This document shows positions 1-12,743 of a DNA stretch of 64,000 nucleotides, piece after piece. Under the pieces are notes generated by a model. It made no database searches. It was not told the origin of the DNA and saw only the letters and a program-made list of their open reading frames with translations. The first letter of the stretch is position 1. Each line of letters starts with the position of its first letter. A program made the translations under genes and the position numbers. This DNA is from Laetmonice hystrix (Eukaryota), in assembly GCA_965235115.1 (NCBI GenBank), contig OZ249436.1, positions 41,790,001-41,854,000 of the forward strand. Reading direction: 5' to 3'.

Positions 1-249
1 CTCCTGAACAATTCGATCACCACCAATTCCGTTATCTGTCGTCGACGACGGACGTCTAACCAGATCTGTACGTTCGTCCATGCATAGGAGGCGTACGACC
101 TCGTATTGCTCGTTCTAAGAGAACCTACCAAGGTTAACCGTCTTCACTTGAAACGTGACATCGACTGGGAGGAGCGAGATTGATTGGTTGTAAGTTGAAT
201 CAGGTAAGTAATCCATGTATAAAGGCACCTTCCACCGTTGGAATGGAGA

Positions 250-1190
250 TTTACCGGCAAACCGGCGGCGTTCTAGTGTAATAGAAACTTACCGGCAGGC
301 CGATGGTATTCTCGTGTAATAGAAACTTACGGCCAAGCCGATGGTATTCTCGTGTAATAGAAACTTACCGGCAGGCCGATAGTATTCTCGTGTAATAGAA
401 ACTTACCGGCAGGCCGATGGTATTTTCGTGTAATAGAAACTTACCGCCAGGCCGATGGTATTCTCGCGTGTAATAGAAACTTACCGCCAGGCCGATGGTA
501 TTCTCGTGTAATAGAAACTTACCGCCAGGCCGCTGGTATTCTCGCGTGTAATAGAAACTTACCGCCAGGCCGATGGTATTCTCGTGTAATAGAAACTTAC
601 CGCCAGGCCGCTGGTGTTATGGTGCAGTGGGTGATTTAAGGGGGGTGTTACTGGGGTTGCAATCCCCCGTTACGAAGTAATTTTTCTTTTTTCCTGCTTA
701 AAAGGTTTACACAAAACATACACCCCCAACCCGCCCCCTGCTGGTACAAACCTGGATCCGCCCCTGTAGTGTAATAGAAACTTACCGGCAGACCGGTGGT
801 GTTCTAGTAATGGAAACTCTCCGGCATGCAGTAACTTACCGGTCTACCTAAGTTTTATTTTACGGTATAAAAGAAACTTATTGTCAGACAGGTTGTGTTT
901 CACGGTATAACAGAGACTTACCGTAAGGCTGGGGATAATAGAACCTTTCCACAGGTCGGTCGTGTTTCACGGTATAATAGAAACTTACCACAGGTCGGTC
1001 GTGTTTCACGGTATAATAGAACCTTACCGTAAGGCAGGTCGTGTTTCACGGTATAATAGAAACTTACCTGAAGGCAGGTCGTGTTTCACGGTATAATACA
1101 AACTTACCGGCAGGCAGGTCGTGTTTCACGGTATAATACAAACTTACCGGCAGGCAGGTCGTGTTTCACGGTATAATACAAACATACCGG
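250..1190 (-). repeat. Minisatellite (38-bp and 40-bp unit variants) derived from the 3' end of guanylyl cyclase exon 7 plus its splice donor
   Basis: Plus-strand units tgtaatagaaacttaccggcaggccgatggtattctcg (38 bp) and gtgtttcacggtataatagaaacttaccggcaggcaggtc (40 bp). Both align with the exon/intron junction at 1161-1210, and most units read CG|GTAAG on the minus strand. Confidence 0.9.
625..766. mobile_element. Short MITE-like insertion (CAGTGG...GGATCCGCCCCTG) interrupting the minisatellite
   Basis: Non-repeat block with imperfect inverted ends splitting a repeat unit, flanked by tggtg/tagtg. Related ends occur near 9937-10040 and 62195-62414. Confidence 0.6.
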
Positions 1191-1333
1191 AAGGCCTGTG
1201 GTGTTCTGGTTGAGGAAGAAGGCGCCCACGGGAAAGATTCCCCACTTCCCAGCCACCTTCTTGCGGGCACACAGGGTAAAGTTACCCTCGGCATCCCCGT
1301 TCAGATCGATCCGAGTAATATAACCCATGGCAC
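1188..1333 (-). CDS. Gyc32E: Receptor guanylyl cyclase (Gyc32E-like), coding exon 7; gene continues beyond left edge
   Basis: Acceptor tgttgtccag, donor CCG|gtatgt; 146 nt, phase 1 to 0. Encodes (S)AMGYITRIDLNGDAEGNFTLCARKKVAGKWGIFPVGAFFLNQNTTGLP, with the DxNGDAEGNxT motif typical of receptor GC ectodomains. Confidence 0.92.
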
Positions 1334-1827
1334 CTGGACAACATTACATACAATGATATTTAACATTCTTACACTTGAACTTACTTAGATTATTCATGCA
1401 GTGCCTTTTACAAAGATATATCTTGTAAGAATAAATACCATGCATGATAAGACAGAGAAATCCAGTTTAGGCCTAATCGTGGCAGCGTTAGTCACCTGCC
1501 TTGCACTATAATACTCCTAACAGACATTCTTGGATCACTGTTGAGCTTATATTACGCTGTAGGTGATAGAATTTACATAACAATAGGTACAAAGAAATGG
1601 ACGCTGAGACACATCTGAAATTTCAATTAAAAACTTATTTGAAGCGCCAAAAATATTTAAACAGATAAAACAAAATGTATGTATCTTTCTCAGGTTTAAC
1701 ACTCGTGGTCAGTGAGTGGGCACACGTTGTATAAATAAGTCTATTAAAATGCCTGCTGTATAACACCTGTCCATTATTGGGAATTCTCACGATCCTAACA
1801 CATGCTGATTACAAATAATTCTCTCAC

Positions 1828-1963
1828 TCTCATACGTCCGCTCCTTGATAAATTTGAAGAGGGCGGTGCCGTTGAGAGGGTCCTCCCCGAGAAGTAAAGC
1901 TTCATGTGCCGCTCGAGCGTACAGCCACACAGCGTCGTATAGATAGGCGGCTTCAGGCCGGAG
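1828..1963 (-). CDS. Gyc32E: Receptor guanylyl cyclase, coding exon 6
   Basis: Acceptor ccgttcttcag, donor A|gtgaga; 136 nt, phase 0 to 1. Encodes LRPEAAYLYDAVWLYARAAHEALLLGEDPLNGTALFKFIKERTYE (conserved AAYLYDAV..YA motif). The ORF track misses this frame. Confidence 0.93.
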
Positions 1964-2524
1964 CTGAAGAACGGCAAAAGTAATTCAGTCTGAGAAGAAA
2001 AAAACGGAACGTAAAATTTGGAACGTAAACGCATGGAATAACACTGATTTGTATCTAGTAACATTATATTAGGTAAGATCTTATTTTCCGTAAAGTTGAG
2101 ACCATTCCCAACATCACATTGACATGCTAAGGTATTCCGGTTTTTTTTCAGGAGGAAGGTTGCTTGATGGGTTTAGAACCATCCCATCCCTTTATTTGCC
2201 ATTCCTTTATCGCAATGTGTCGCGGTAACAGATGCGTCAAACTGTGCTGTGTAAGCGAGATGACACCATGTTATTGACTGCGAACCCCACAATATGCCTT
2301 GCATGACATAAACATAAGACCGATGGTACTCATATCGCCTATAATTCCGCTTGGGGAAACCACTGACCTAAAAATCCAATGACCTGTTGGACCCCCCCCC
2401 CTCCCCCGCCTCATTTTGACAGTTGCAAATTACGACCGCTGCCAAGTTCCGGCTGCGCGTACTACATGATTTATGGTATAATCCTATATTAATCCAGGGA
2501 AACATGATAATGAGCGTGACTTAC

Positions 2525-2706
2525 TATTTTGAGCTTGCCGTGGAGACGGTAGGGGTTTGGGAAAGTGAAGGGGGGCAGTTCAAGGTACTGGTTAACGATT
2601 AATGTGAAGTTAGCGTAGGCCGGGTACACGGGAGGTGCTGTGGCGATGAGGAAGAAGGACCGGAAGGCAGTGATACTGTCTGGGGTGGCCTCGTTCTGAA
2701 ACAAGC
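2525..2706 (-). CDS. Gyc32E: Receptor guanylyl cyclase, coding exon 5
   Basis: Acceptor tttttttcag, donor ATA|gtaagt; 182 nt, phase 1 to 0. Encodes (G)LFQNEATPDSITAFRSFFLIATAPPVYPAYANFTLIVNQYLELPPFTFPNPYRLHGKLKI (YLxxPPFxFPNP motif). Confidence 0.92.
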
Positions 2707-2945
2707 CTGAAAAAAAACGATGAAAGCTAAAAAAAATAATGTTTAAAATATATCATCTGCGACAAATAGAGAGGAATTTGTCTTAAAGCGGAAGAAATAC
2801 CATGGACTATACCGTCGACTCTGCTTTGGTTCCAGAGTCAAGATAAATAGATCCATCAACCGAGGAAAAGACGTACTTAGCGATTCCTCAGATTCCGCCA
2901 CTCACGAATAATGTGACAACGTATTCATATATACAGCAGGGCTAA

Positions 2946-3150
2946 AGGCTGGATTCCACTAAGCCGATTTACATCCGATCGGCCATCCCATAAAATGTAT
3001 CTGATATTTGCGGCCGACGAAAAATATATATCTCATCTTTACAAAATAAATGTCCTTTAATGATTTGATGACACAAAGTACCAATAATTTCAAAAGTTAA
3101 GAAAATCGGATGGCCGATCGGATGTAAATCGGCTTAGTGGAACACGGGGT
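2946..3150. mobile_element. MITE with ~35-bp terminal inverted repeats in cyclase intron 4
   Basis: ttccactaagccgatttacatccgatcggccatcc (2954-) is the reverse complement of ggatggccgatcggatgtaaatcggcttagtggaa (ending 3142). Outer ends are approximate. Confidence 0.75.
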
Positions 3151-3408
3151 TAAGATTGAGACACTGGTTGGTCGGAGGGGAGGGAGTCGTTGGGTGTTGA
3201 TGGATATCATTTTAAATCTCGTTATCCCGAACGTACGCTTGGGTAAATACTCTGCTATAAATGTTGTGTAATGTCTCAAAGAAATAGAAAAGACGATTGC
3301 AAATCGAGCTCCCATGACGAGAATGAGATATATTAGGTTTTAAGGCAGGGACTGGTGTGAATAAAATTCATTGATTAATATATTATTGCCAAACGTATTC
3401 CTCATTAC

Positions 3409-3555
3409 CTTCCAAATAGAGGGCCGGTCTCTTCGGATCATATTGGCGAGTGTCAACTCCGACAACGAAGTACTCGCCCGTGTCTAGTAAACCTCGTAAC
3501 AGGAGGCTAACCATCAGACCGACGAATTCATAGTGCTCTCCCAGCATCAAGTACA
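3409..3555 (-). CDS. Gyc32E: Receptor guanylyl cyclase, coding exon 4
   Basis: Acceptor tttcctgtag, donor G|gtaatg; 147 nt, phase 1 to 1. Encodes (V)YLMLGEHYEFVGLMVSLLLRGLLDTGEYFVVGVDTRQYDPKRPALYLE (GLLDxGEYFVVGVD motif). Confidence 0.93.
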
Positions 3556-4203
3556 CTACAGGAAAGATAAATGGCATTCAAATGACAAGAATCTGGAACA
3601 ATATTGTGAAGCTCCATCAATCGTAAGCTTTCTTTAATAGCTCTCACTTCATCTCCAGCTGCGTAATGACTCAATATCCTCTCTGAATTAATATGCCTTA
3701 AATCAAACCTTTGCACATTACGTCCAGGTGTAGGGACTGTATATGACGTCGCCTTCCAGGCGTAGGTTTGTTAGATTTAGTTAATGAACGTTTTCACTCA
3801 AGCCCCAGCGCAATATCGTTTTGTTTTTTTCATCACTGATCTCTTTCGAAATATTTGTAATCATGTTTAGTCTTTGAGTCTGACAGAATCGGCTGCTTCC
3901 ACTATCTCAGCTTGCAAGCGTAGCAAACTACGATTACGCGCCGACTTCATAGACGAGATATAGACACATTAAATCACTCCTCGAACGAATCATTTGTGTT
4001 CAACCTAATCTCGCTCACAGATGCGACTTCGAAGACTATCTTGATATCGTCATCGAAAAACACTTTTTCGTATCAAATCTTCAAGGCAATAGAAAATACA
4101 TATTTCCTATTTAAAGATCAAGGACTTCCCTGAATGGCAAATTAAGACAGAAATCGCGATTATGAATCATTGGATCCTGAAGACATAAATTGCCAACGCA
4201 AAC

Positions 4204-4324
4204 CTCTTGTTCTCTGGTACGTTTCAGCAACAATTCTTGCAAACGGAGTACTTGACTGCTCGTGGAAGTACGGCCCTTCATACGGGCGTCTGTCTGTGAC
4301 GTTGATACCGTGGGACCACAGCAC
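4204..4324 (-). CDS. Gyc32E: Receptor guanylyl cyclase, coding exon 3
   Basis: Acceptor cctgttacag, donor G|gtttgc; 121 nt, phase 0 to 1. Encodes VLWSHGINVTDRRPYEGPYFHEQSSTPFARIVAETYQRTR, joining exon 4 to give TR-VY as in receptor GCs. The ORF track misses this frame. Confidence 0.88.
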
Positions 4325-5451
4325 CTGTAACAGGATTCAAGATGGATCATCCTTGACCTTCTCTAAAGCTGATCTCAGCAGATCCACTCAAACAGCACGG
4401 CCTCCGCGATTGGAGTCCACATGGCTAGGAAGAAGAGCCTGGCCTCATTTAACTACGGGTAGTGTCACTTTCAATCAGACTTCTCTGTGTCATTTGCATT
4501 TTCCTCAACAAGCCTGTTACAGATTACATCGGCTAATAACATGTGCTGGTGCCTGCTGCACAATGGACCGGCGTCTGGAGTTGGATTATAAATTTGCTTA
4601 AAAGATGATTGCAGGTAAAGGACTAGACGAATAAATTTATGATGCCTTTCAAATATGATCATGAAATTTATTCAAACGACTTGAACAAACTTTCACGAGC
4701 ACAAGACAAATGGATGAAGGAAGGGAATAATTATGACGTGAGCAACGTTCTAGAGCCATAAATAACGTCTTCATATCTTGTCATGTCATATAACAGCCCA
4801 GTAAAAATAACTATATTTGGTGGCTGTAATTACAAGGAAGGCACAACGCTATAGCATAGCGAGGATGTATTTTTATGGCTTAAAAAAATAATTACCAGGC
4901 TTGCAATCTTCAGATAAGGTTTTTACTGTAGGATAGTGATTCTTTCGGGTATATGGCGACTGAAAATAAAGCTGCAAGTCCTCATGACAGGACCGCTTTG
5001 ATTTTCTTATAATTCCGAATAAGGAGATGGCATCGTTCAGGAATATGAAGCAATATACAATGCTCCTTTCAAAGGCAGTCTATTTAATAACAGTTAATCA
5101 TTGCACGCTGCAGAAGCTTACGTTATACGATATTTCTAACCAAAAAAAATCTTGCCTTGTGATCTAATAACAAAGGAGCTTACCCCGTCTTAAGTACGTC
5201 TCCTGTTTGTGACGATTGTTATTTAATACCGAATATAGGATGGTACGTTTGCGATCTTACATTTCACACATTTATAATTGTAATGTTAGAAATATTACAA
5301 CTCAAATGGACAAAAAGCGCGAACATTATAGAAATGGAAATAAACAAATCAAAATCTTTGCTTCAGAAGGCATATATTCGTTTTCAGATTATATTTTATT
5401 CTGTAACGAATAACGACATGGGGATTATGGTCCTATTAGGGGTCTGTGCAC

Positions 5452-5716
5452 GAAACAAGCAGCCATTCTGCTGTCCTCAAAACAAGCAGTCATTCCGCTG
5501 TTCTCAAAACAAGCAGTCATTCCGCTCTCCTCAAAACAAGTAGTCATTCTGCTGTCCTCAAAACAAGCAGTCATTCCGCTGTTCTCAAAACAAGCAGTCA
5601 TTCCGCTCTCCTCAAAACAAGCAGTCATTCCGCTCTTCTCAAAACAAGCAGTCATTCCGTTGTCCTCAAAACAAGCAGTCATTCCGCTGTCCTCAAAACA
5701 AGCAGTCGTTCCGCTT
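5452..5716. repeat. 27-bp minisatellite, about 10 copies
   Basis: Unit aaaacaagcagtcattccgctgtcctc. It explains the KTSSHSAVL / GMTACFEES repeat ORFs. Confidence 0.95.
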
Positions 5717-8700
5717 TTATTCAGACAAGTTAAAAAGATCTTGACTATCACGTTTCAGGGGTTTACATAATAGACCCATGCACGGCCAGAGTTAGAAACG
5801 GTTCATCAGCTTCCACCCTTACATTTATCTCACCCTCTCCTCGATAAAAAATTTAGTCTTTCCTTTATTATTTCTAGATTATTGGTAATTATTGAAAGGT
5901 AATACGACTGGTGCAATGATTTTTGTTGCTGCCACGTTTAAGAAAGCTTTAATGTTTCATTTATTTATACGAAATTCGTATGGTAAGCCACTCTGATGCA
6001 ATTGTTTAGTCATATACACATGTTCGTGGTTACTATCCGAGCAAAAGGATAAGTCTAAATCTACTTTGTGTATATGTTAGTTGTTGCATTAACAAGACCA
6101 GAACTATAGTATTTCCATGAACTTTAGTATGACTCTGCAGTCGCTTTTGTTTTATCCGGCCCTCGATCAGTGACAGAGCCGGACAATGGATGACGTTGGC
6201 TACGTCCTGTACATTATTAACTTTGGACACCAGCACGGGAAGTCACGACGGAGAGCAATTGCTCATCGCTTGTTTTGCTAAAGCGATCCGATTTCGACCA
6301 CCCAGGAAGGAGCCCCGCTCAGCTGCGGCTTGGCCTACTCTGACCCGGCTGACGGGAAACAAAACTGGCAGCCTGGAGGATATAAGCGGCAGAACACGCC
6401 GGTCCAGATAACGGTATCTGATTACCAGTCGTATCTCTTGGATAACCCCCCGCCTTGTGACATTTCAGGCATTGATATTTAAATACAAGGTTAGGCCCTC
6501 TCAGCGAAAGCCGGGTGTTCGGCATGCATAAAAATAGGATGGATGCAGATTCTGATATGTAAAAAGATAAAGCACGTTCATGAACACGCGGGGCTAAATG
6601 CGATTTGGGAAATACACCACTGGGTGCAAGGGCAACTAGAAAAATAATGCTATGGAAATCACCCCCAGAACATCCCCGCTTAAAATATCTCTCCTCTTAG
6701 CATACATTTACCTTGGTAGGCTATTTACTTCTCAGTACATTTACTCCAGAGGATATTCATCTCTCCTCTTAGTACATTTATGCAGGCAACACTCGGAAAC
6801 AGATAATGTTGTTATTTTGGCAACAACCGTTCATTATAATATTAAAAGTATAAGTTGGACAGTAAAACCCAGTACTGCACGTGTTTAACATTAATTAAAG
6901 GTTTAGGAGAATTAGCTCATTTCTGAACAGAAAGGGTGCCACGGTCCCAATTTTGACAACGAGCCCACACTGCATTGTCCTCTCCAGAGGATCTTCATCT
7001 CTTCTCTTAGTACATTTACCTGGGTATTTACTTCTCAGTACATTTACTCCAGAGGATATTCATCCCTACTTACTGCTCCCCTCCCATGAAGGTGACAATC
7101 ATGGAAGTGTAACTTGCAAGGACATGCTGACGTAAATCTGACATAATTTCACGAGTTTGCTACATTTATCTCTTAAAATCTCGATTTCGCTACATGGCAT
7201 CATCATTACATGGCCTGGAAATCATACCTGATTATTTGGTAAATATCCGTCTTTTATTATGTATACGTAATTGTTTTGTTATTACTCAGAATATATTGTT
7301 CTGATGTCGCGAAGGTTTCATAAACCTTCCCGATTTCAGAACCATGAGATTCCTACAGTGAAGCGTTTCCTGAAAGGTTAATAATTATAGCGCCAGCATT
7401 TTAACGGTAACTGAAATCCAACAATAGGCATGATCACGCCTGATCCACATCCATTCCAGACCGTTAACGATATCTCCATAGGAAACAGGCTTAATGACGA
7501 ATCGTATAAAACCTCTATTAGGATACTTCCGAAATAATCTGGCTGGTTCGCTAGAGTGCGCAGTTGATAAACTTGGATTGGAAACGGCAACGTAAAACTG
7601 GAGGTCATTACGAAGAGTCGACAACAGCAGACTTGCTCCAAATAGGCGTGGAACTTTCCATGTGAATAGGAGATCGCAGGATGATAAATTCTACATCAGT
7701 GAATCTGCCGCCTCCGAAATCACAGGCTGACAGGATTCCCACAGCGCGACTCTCTAATTGTTCAAACGCTATATATGTAATTAAATATGTAATTAAATAA
7801 TTTGTGTTTACAACGTTTACCTTAGTATCTAGTCAGGAAGAGCAACAGATCTAGAAGATCTCACTGCGAACCGAATTAAATTACATGAACCAGAGCACGA
7901 CTTAATATAGCTCGTTCCTTGAGTTTTACCGTTCGTACTTCAATATTGTGGTGAAACATAAGACTAACAGCTTTTTCCATGCTGTATTATCATCATGTAC
8001 AGTTTAACTGTGGAATATACAGCCATTGTGACGACCATGCAAAATGACTACTATTGCCCCTAGGGAGAGGTGAGCACGCCTACTAGATGTTTCAATACAG
8101 ATTCCCTGCTTTCAATCCTTTTCGATGCCTATACCCTACAGACAAACGCCAAGAGAGGGGAATTTGTATTGTAAAGAAAAATATTGTATAAAGTATATGT
8201 AAACAGGACGAAAAGACAGTGAAACCTCGTGTAAGTAGTATATAGAAAGTCTCGTTTGGTGTAAGTAGTATATAGAAAGTCTCGTTTGTGTAAATGTGGA
8301 AGCCTCAACAGAATGAAAGATGGCCGAGTCAGGCGCCGGGTAAATTGTCTAATGCATCATTAACCTTTCTGTCGAGTGTAGTGTAGACCACAGGGTAAAC
8401 AATCAACTTGAATTATATATATGATGACAGTGCGCAGTGAAAAATTCATACACTCAGCAGTGGACCACCTGCGCGATCTCCTATACATGCGTACATCTGG
8501 GCCAGGATACCATGGGTCCAAAGGTTCGGCAAACTGCATTGGTCATATTTAGAAATAAAAGGAGCAATTATGAGAACTACTAAAATACGTTAAATATTCA
8601 AGGTGTATTACATTGTTTTACCACTTTAATCGTGCAGGAAACACTTATACCAACTTGAACCAAAGGGTAATGCAGAAATTGATGGGGGAAATGTCAGAGA

Positions 8701-8897
8701 ACGTAAGTAGTAATGTATTGGTATCATTCTACGCCAAAATAACAAGATCAAGAGAATGATTCCTAAATAACGAGGAAGCATTCATTTTCTTTGTTGGCAA
8801 TCAAGACAATTAAACGGAACTGCACGCTCTGATTGCACCTAATGGGAAGGAGAAGTACAAAAAATATGGGCGCCAGGACAGGAGGCGTAGAACTCAC

Positions 8898-9074
8898 CGA
8901 GTAGATGGTGTCCGCCACTTCAGCGACTTGATCACTGTGAACGAAAACCAGTTTTTGCCAGTTGAACTTCTTGAGAAGGGAAACAACTGACATCGATATT
9001 CTTGAGTCGTGTGGCTTCGTCCTCGCGAACGTTCGGTACAGATGTTTGTCAGAGACTTCGTAGTTGGAGCAGTA
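8898..9074 (-). CDS. Gyc32E: Receptor guanylyl cyclase, coding exon 2
   Basis: Acceptor ttcctttttgcag, donor TCG|gtgagt; 177 nt, phase 0 to 0. Encodes YCSNYEVSDKHLYRTFARTKPHDSRISMSVVSLLKKFNWQKLVFVHSDQVAEVADTIYS, joining exon 1 to give PMISYYC..SDK..Y.TFART.P. Confidence 0.93.
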
Positions 9075-9174
9075 CTGCAAAAAGGAAGTACAGAATGAAC
9101 CGCTTACTCTGACTTACTTATTAATGGCAAGAGTCTGCGAACACCAGCCCGACCGGACAATGACATGATACGTA

Positions 9175-10936
9175 CGGTGGCCGAAAAGTACAAAGGCGCG
9201 CAGCCACCGCTGCCGCGCCGCAGCAGCTCCAGCTGCCGCGCGCAGCGAGCAGGGTAGCGCGGCAGCTCCAGCTGGCGCGCGCAGCGAGCAGTGTAGCGCC
9301 GCCGACAGAATACTGGGGCGCGCAGCGAGCAGTGTAGCGACGCCGACAGAATACTGGCGCGCGCCGCGAGCAGTGTGGTGCCGCTGACAGAATACAGCCG
9401 CGCGCAGCGAGCGCTGCAGCGCCGCCAAAAGAATACGACAGCCGCACGCAGCGAGTGCTGTAGCACCGCTGACAAAGAATACAGCCGCGCGCAGCGAGCA
9501 GTGTAGCGCCGCTGACAAAATACGCCCTGTTCCAAACGCCCTGTTCCAAACCTGTTACCATGTTCAATTTCTCACACAGGGGCGTATCCAGAATTTTCAA
9601 GGTGAGGGTGGGGGTGCATGGGGGATTGAAGCCTGCACGGGTGGGGCAAGATCCGCCAAACAAGGTACATTTTTCGCATGGTCCTGCGCAATAGGCTTTG
9701 GCAGTGGAAATGTGGGTGGGGTGGGGTGGGAACAATGCCCCCTGCCCCCGGCACCCAGTGGCGGCGCCAGTGGAGGACTGGGGGGGGGGGGGGGTGCCCC
9801 CCAGGGCGGCCCCCCCAATTTTCTCTTGCCACTCCTCAGCCCCCGACATTATGGCTAGCACCCTTTTGCCCCCCCCCCCTCCCAACTAAAACGGGCTGGA
9901 GTTGCACACTGCCGGCATCCCTCTATGGTACACCCCCAGTGACGGATCTAGGGGGGGTTGCAACCCCCCCTTCAGCTGCTGACTACCCCCTTTCCAACAT
10001 CAACATCACCCCTCCCCTAAACATCAACCCCCCCCCCCCTTTCCTAGCTAGATCCGCTAGTTATATAGAAAGTTTTACAACCCATACCATGCAGGGAGTT
10101 TAATTTAAATTTAATATCAGGTATTATTTTAATCAAGTAGATAGTTGGGTGCAAAATTTTGAGGGAATTGTGCCTTTTATGATCAAAGCATGATTTTTGC
10201 ACAGAGGTAGCTCATGACATAAGACTTTTGGACCTATACAGTTAGTGCCATCTCAGATCTTGCCCCGGGGTTGTGACCTGGCAACAGAAAATTTTACCTA
10301 GCAACAGCAACATAAGTAGGCTACTTCTTAACAATTGCTATAAATGACTCAGAGGTTAAAGAAAACCATACCTATTGACACTAGAATTGTATGAAATATT
10401 AAGATGGTGACATCAGGTACTATTTAGAACCTACAACGAGGCCAAAAACTTCATATGGCAAAGACAAAAATCGGCTTCCTAACTCCCCGGATGTATTACT
10501 GGCGGTGCTGCAGCACTCGCTGCCGCAGCCCCAAAACAAGCAGTGCTGGCAGTGCTGTAGCCTTCGCTGCGCGCGCTGAATGAAAACATGCTGGCGGTGA
10601 GACGGTGTCCGCTGCGCGCGCGCGTAGCAAAAACCTTCGGCAGCGCTGCACTGCTCGCTGCGCGCGGCTGTATTATTTGTCAGCGGTGCTACAGCGCTCG
10701 CTGCGTGCGGCTATCGTATTCTTTTGGCGGCGCTACAGCACTCGCTGCGCGCGGCTGTATTTTGTCAGCGGCGCTACAGCGCTCGCTGCGCGCGGCAGTA
10801 TTCTGTCGGCGGCGCTACACTGCTCGCTGCGCGCGCCAGCTGGAGCTGCCGCGCTACCCTGCTCGCTGCGCGCGGCAGCTGGAGCTGCTGCGGCGCGCCA
10901 GTGGTGGCTGCGCGCCGTTGTACTTTTCGGCCACCG
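9175..10936. mobile_element. Non-autonomous Tc1/mariner-type foldback element with ~350-bp GC-rich TIRs and nested G/C-run MITEs
   Basis: TA|CGGTGGCCGAAAAGTAC ... GTACTTTTCGGCCACCG|TA (TA at 9173-74 and 10937-38). The arms consist of ~40-bp subrepeats (gcgcgcagcgagcagtgtagcgccgccgacagaatac). No transposase is visible. Confidence 0.85.
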
Positions 10937-12743
10937 TAGATACGACTCGAAACGGACGAGCAGTTAAGGGTGCGTTTGGAAAACGTTTAGAAAGATGTCT
11001 TTGCCGTGATGGTTTTAGGCAGAGTTAAATGAACGAATGCGTGAATAAGGTGTCTTTATAGTGGAATGCCACTTGGGCTCACGTTTCTTTGGGTTTAGTG
11101 AAACGCATCTTAGCTGAATCGCGCTGTAGCTTGGTTCGGTCAGTTAAATGATTTGACTTTAATACCTTTATCAGGAACAACGAAGCTTTAAACCCTCATC
11201 AGAAACGTAGTGTTGTTATTGTCAAGCCACCAACTGAACTGAACTAACAACATTAGTATAATTTTGTGTAATATGACACCATAATTATTTGTCATAATCT
11301 GAGCGGTGGTAGGTTCTAACTGCTGTAGTAGCAGCAGGCGTCACTGACGGGACCAACAATGGCGAACGATGGATCATGTACAAACACTGCAGTGACGACG
11401 ACAAAATGAAATCAGAACATGGCCCGCAACATTAGGCTACACGATGATTTACAAACGTACTGCCAAGTTACGGTTTACATTCGATCTCAGACGTCAAATA
11501 AGCAGTAGGAACACCAGACATGAGGCCACCTCGACTGGGATATTGCCAAATTCAAACCACTTCATATTGGATTAATGAGGCGATTATGCCTAAAGGAACA
11601 ACGTAGACATGCGCAAAAAAATCCGCAAATGTCTAAACTGATAAACGTAGTCCTTTGAGCTACGAGCGACATCCATTTAAGGAGAACCTATGTACCCGCT
11701 ACGATTAATTGTTTTTGGCCGTCTCTAATACAGCAGGGACTGAGGTCGGGAAGGCGGAGGGGGGAGGAGAAACGTGATACGGAGTGTACAGGCGTAGTGC
11801 AGGAGTCAGACCAATTAGTTTCTCCGGACCGTTAGCAGGGGTGACACATGGCCAGGTCAGATAGCAGCCACCCGCTGAGCGTGCCCCATCCACTGATGGT
11901 GTCATTGGTGGCCATTGACACCGGGCGGGATCCTGCTACAGCGCTGTCAGGGTAGGACATTAATATATCATTCTGCTTCAACCGACTGCCGGGTCCACCC
12001 ACACGACCTCTGACTGTGGCGAGTAAGGACGGCCGTTCAGTGAGGGAGCACACCAAAACCTTACCATATACAGGCTGGCGTTGATTGCATGAAGAGAAAA
12101 TGGGGGTCTGGCGGAGGGAGGGGCAGGGGGTGGGTCGCGGTTAAAGTGAGGTGAACAGTGAACGTTCCATGCAGTAATATATCGGCAGGTTTTAGACATA
12201 GTCTTGTTCTGATCCGTATATGATTAGTAGCGTCTGTCACGTCATGTATAGCTAGAAGTGGTTGTTGAAAAGTAACTTTAGACGTGATGAAGCCGCCTAT
12301 ATGCAATTACACGTATTGACTACCAAACTTCTGCAGGTAATACTGAAACCATAGTGAGCGTGGAAAATGACACGCACTGGGGAAACGCTGTATTTATAAC
12401 TTAACGCGTGAAACACATGAATTTGAGAATTCGACTTCATCAGAAAACCGTCATGTCAATTAGGGAACGCAATTATGACAGGCCTAGGTCTATATTATGG
12501 TGGATCACGGACACACCACACCACTTCCCGACGCTTTCGTGTTTCGTTACATATGACGACAAGCATGATTGCATCACCGTTTACGTCATAGTCAAAATGA
12601 GGGCCTACATTTGCCAGAGTTACATAACAAAATAAAAAGATATACCAGACCGATGGTTCACCTCTCCCCAGTATGCGTATTAATATTGAAGAGGGGCACA
12701 CGGATGCTATAAAAACCCCTGTTCGGAAAGATTCTTACCTGTA

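Noticed and set aside
130..185. Plus-strand peptide LHLKRDIDWEE, resembling the next expected cyclase segment (I.W before the juxtamembrane region)
   Set aside because: Wrong strand, no following PP.D.P.CGF motif and no splice context; treated as chance.
250..1190. CRISPR-like appearance of the regularly spaced repeats (also 12744-17155 and 28385-28856)
   Set aside because: The units are contiguous with no unique spacers, there are no cas genes, and the context is eukaryotic intron.
4170..4601. 143-aa plus-strand ORF
   Set aside because: Antisense shadow of cyclase exon 3; no recognisable domain.
5283..5751. Repeat-peptide ORFs on both strands
   Set aside because: By-products of the stop-free 27-bp minisatellite.
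9104..11028. Cluster of Ala/Arg/Cys-rich and Pro/Gly-rich ORFs
   Set aside because: They arise from GC-rich TIR subrepeats and G/C runs of the foldback element and are mirrored on both arms.
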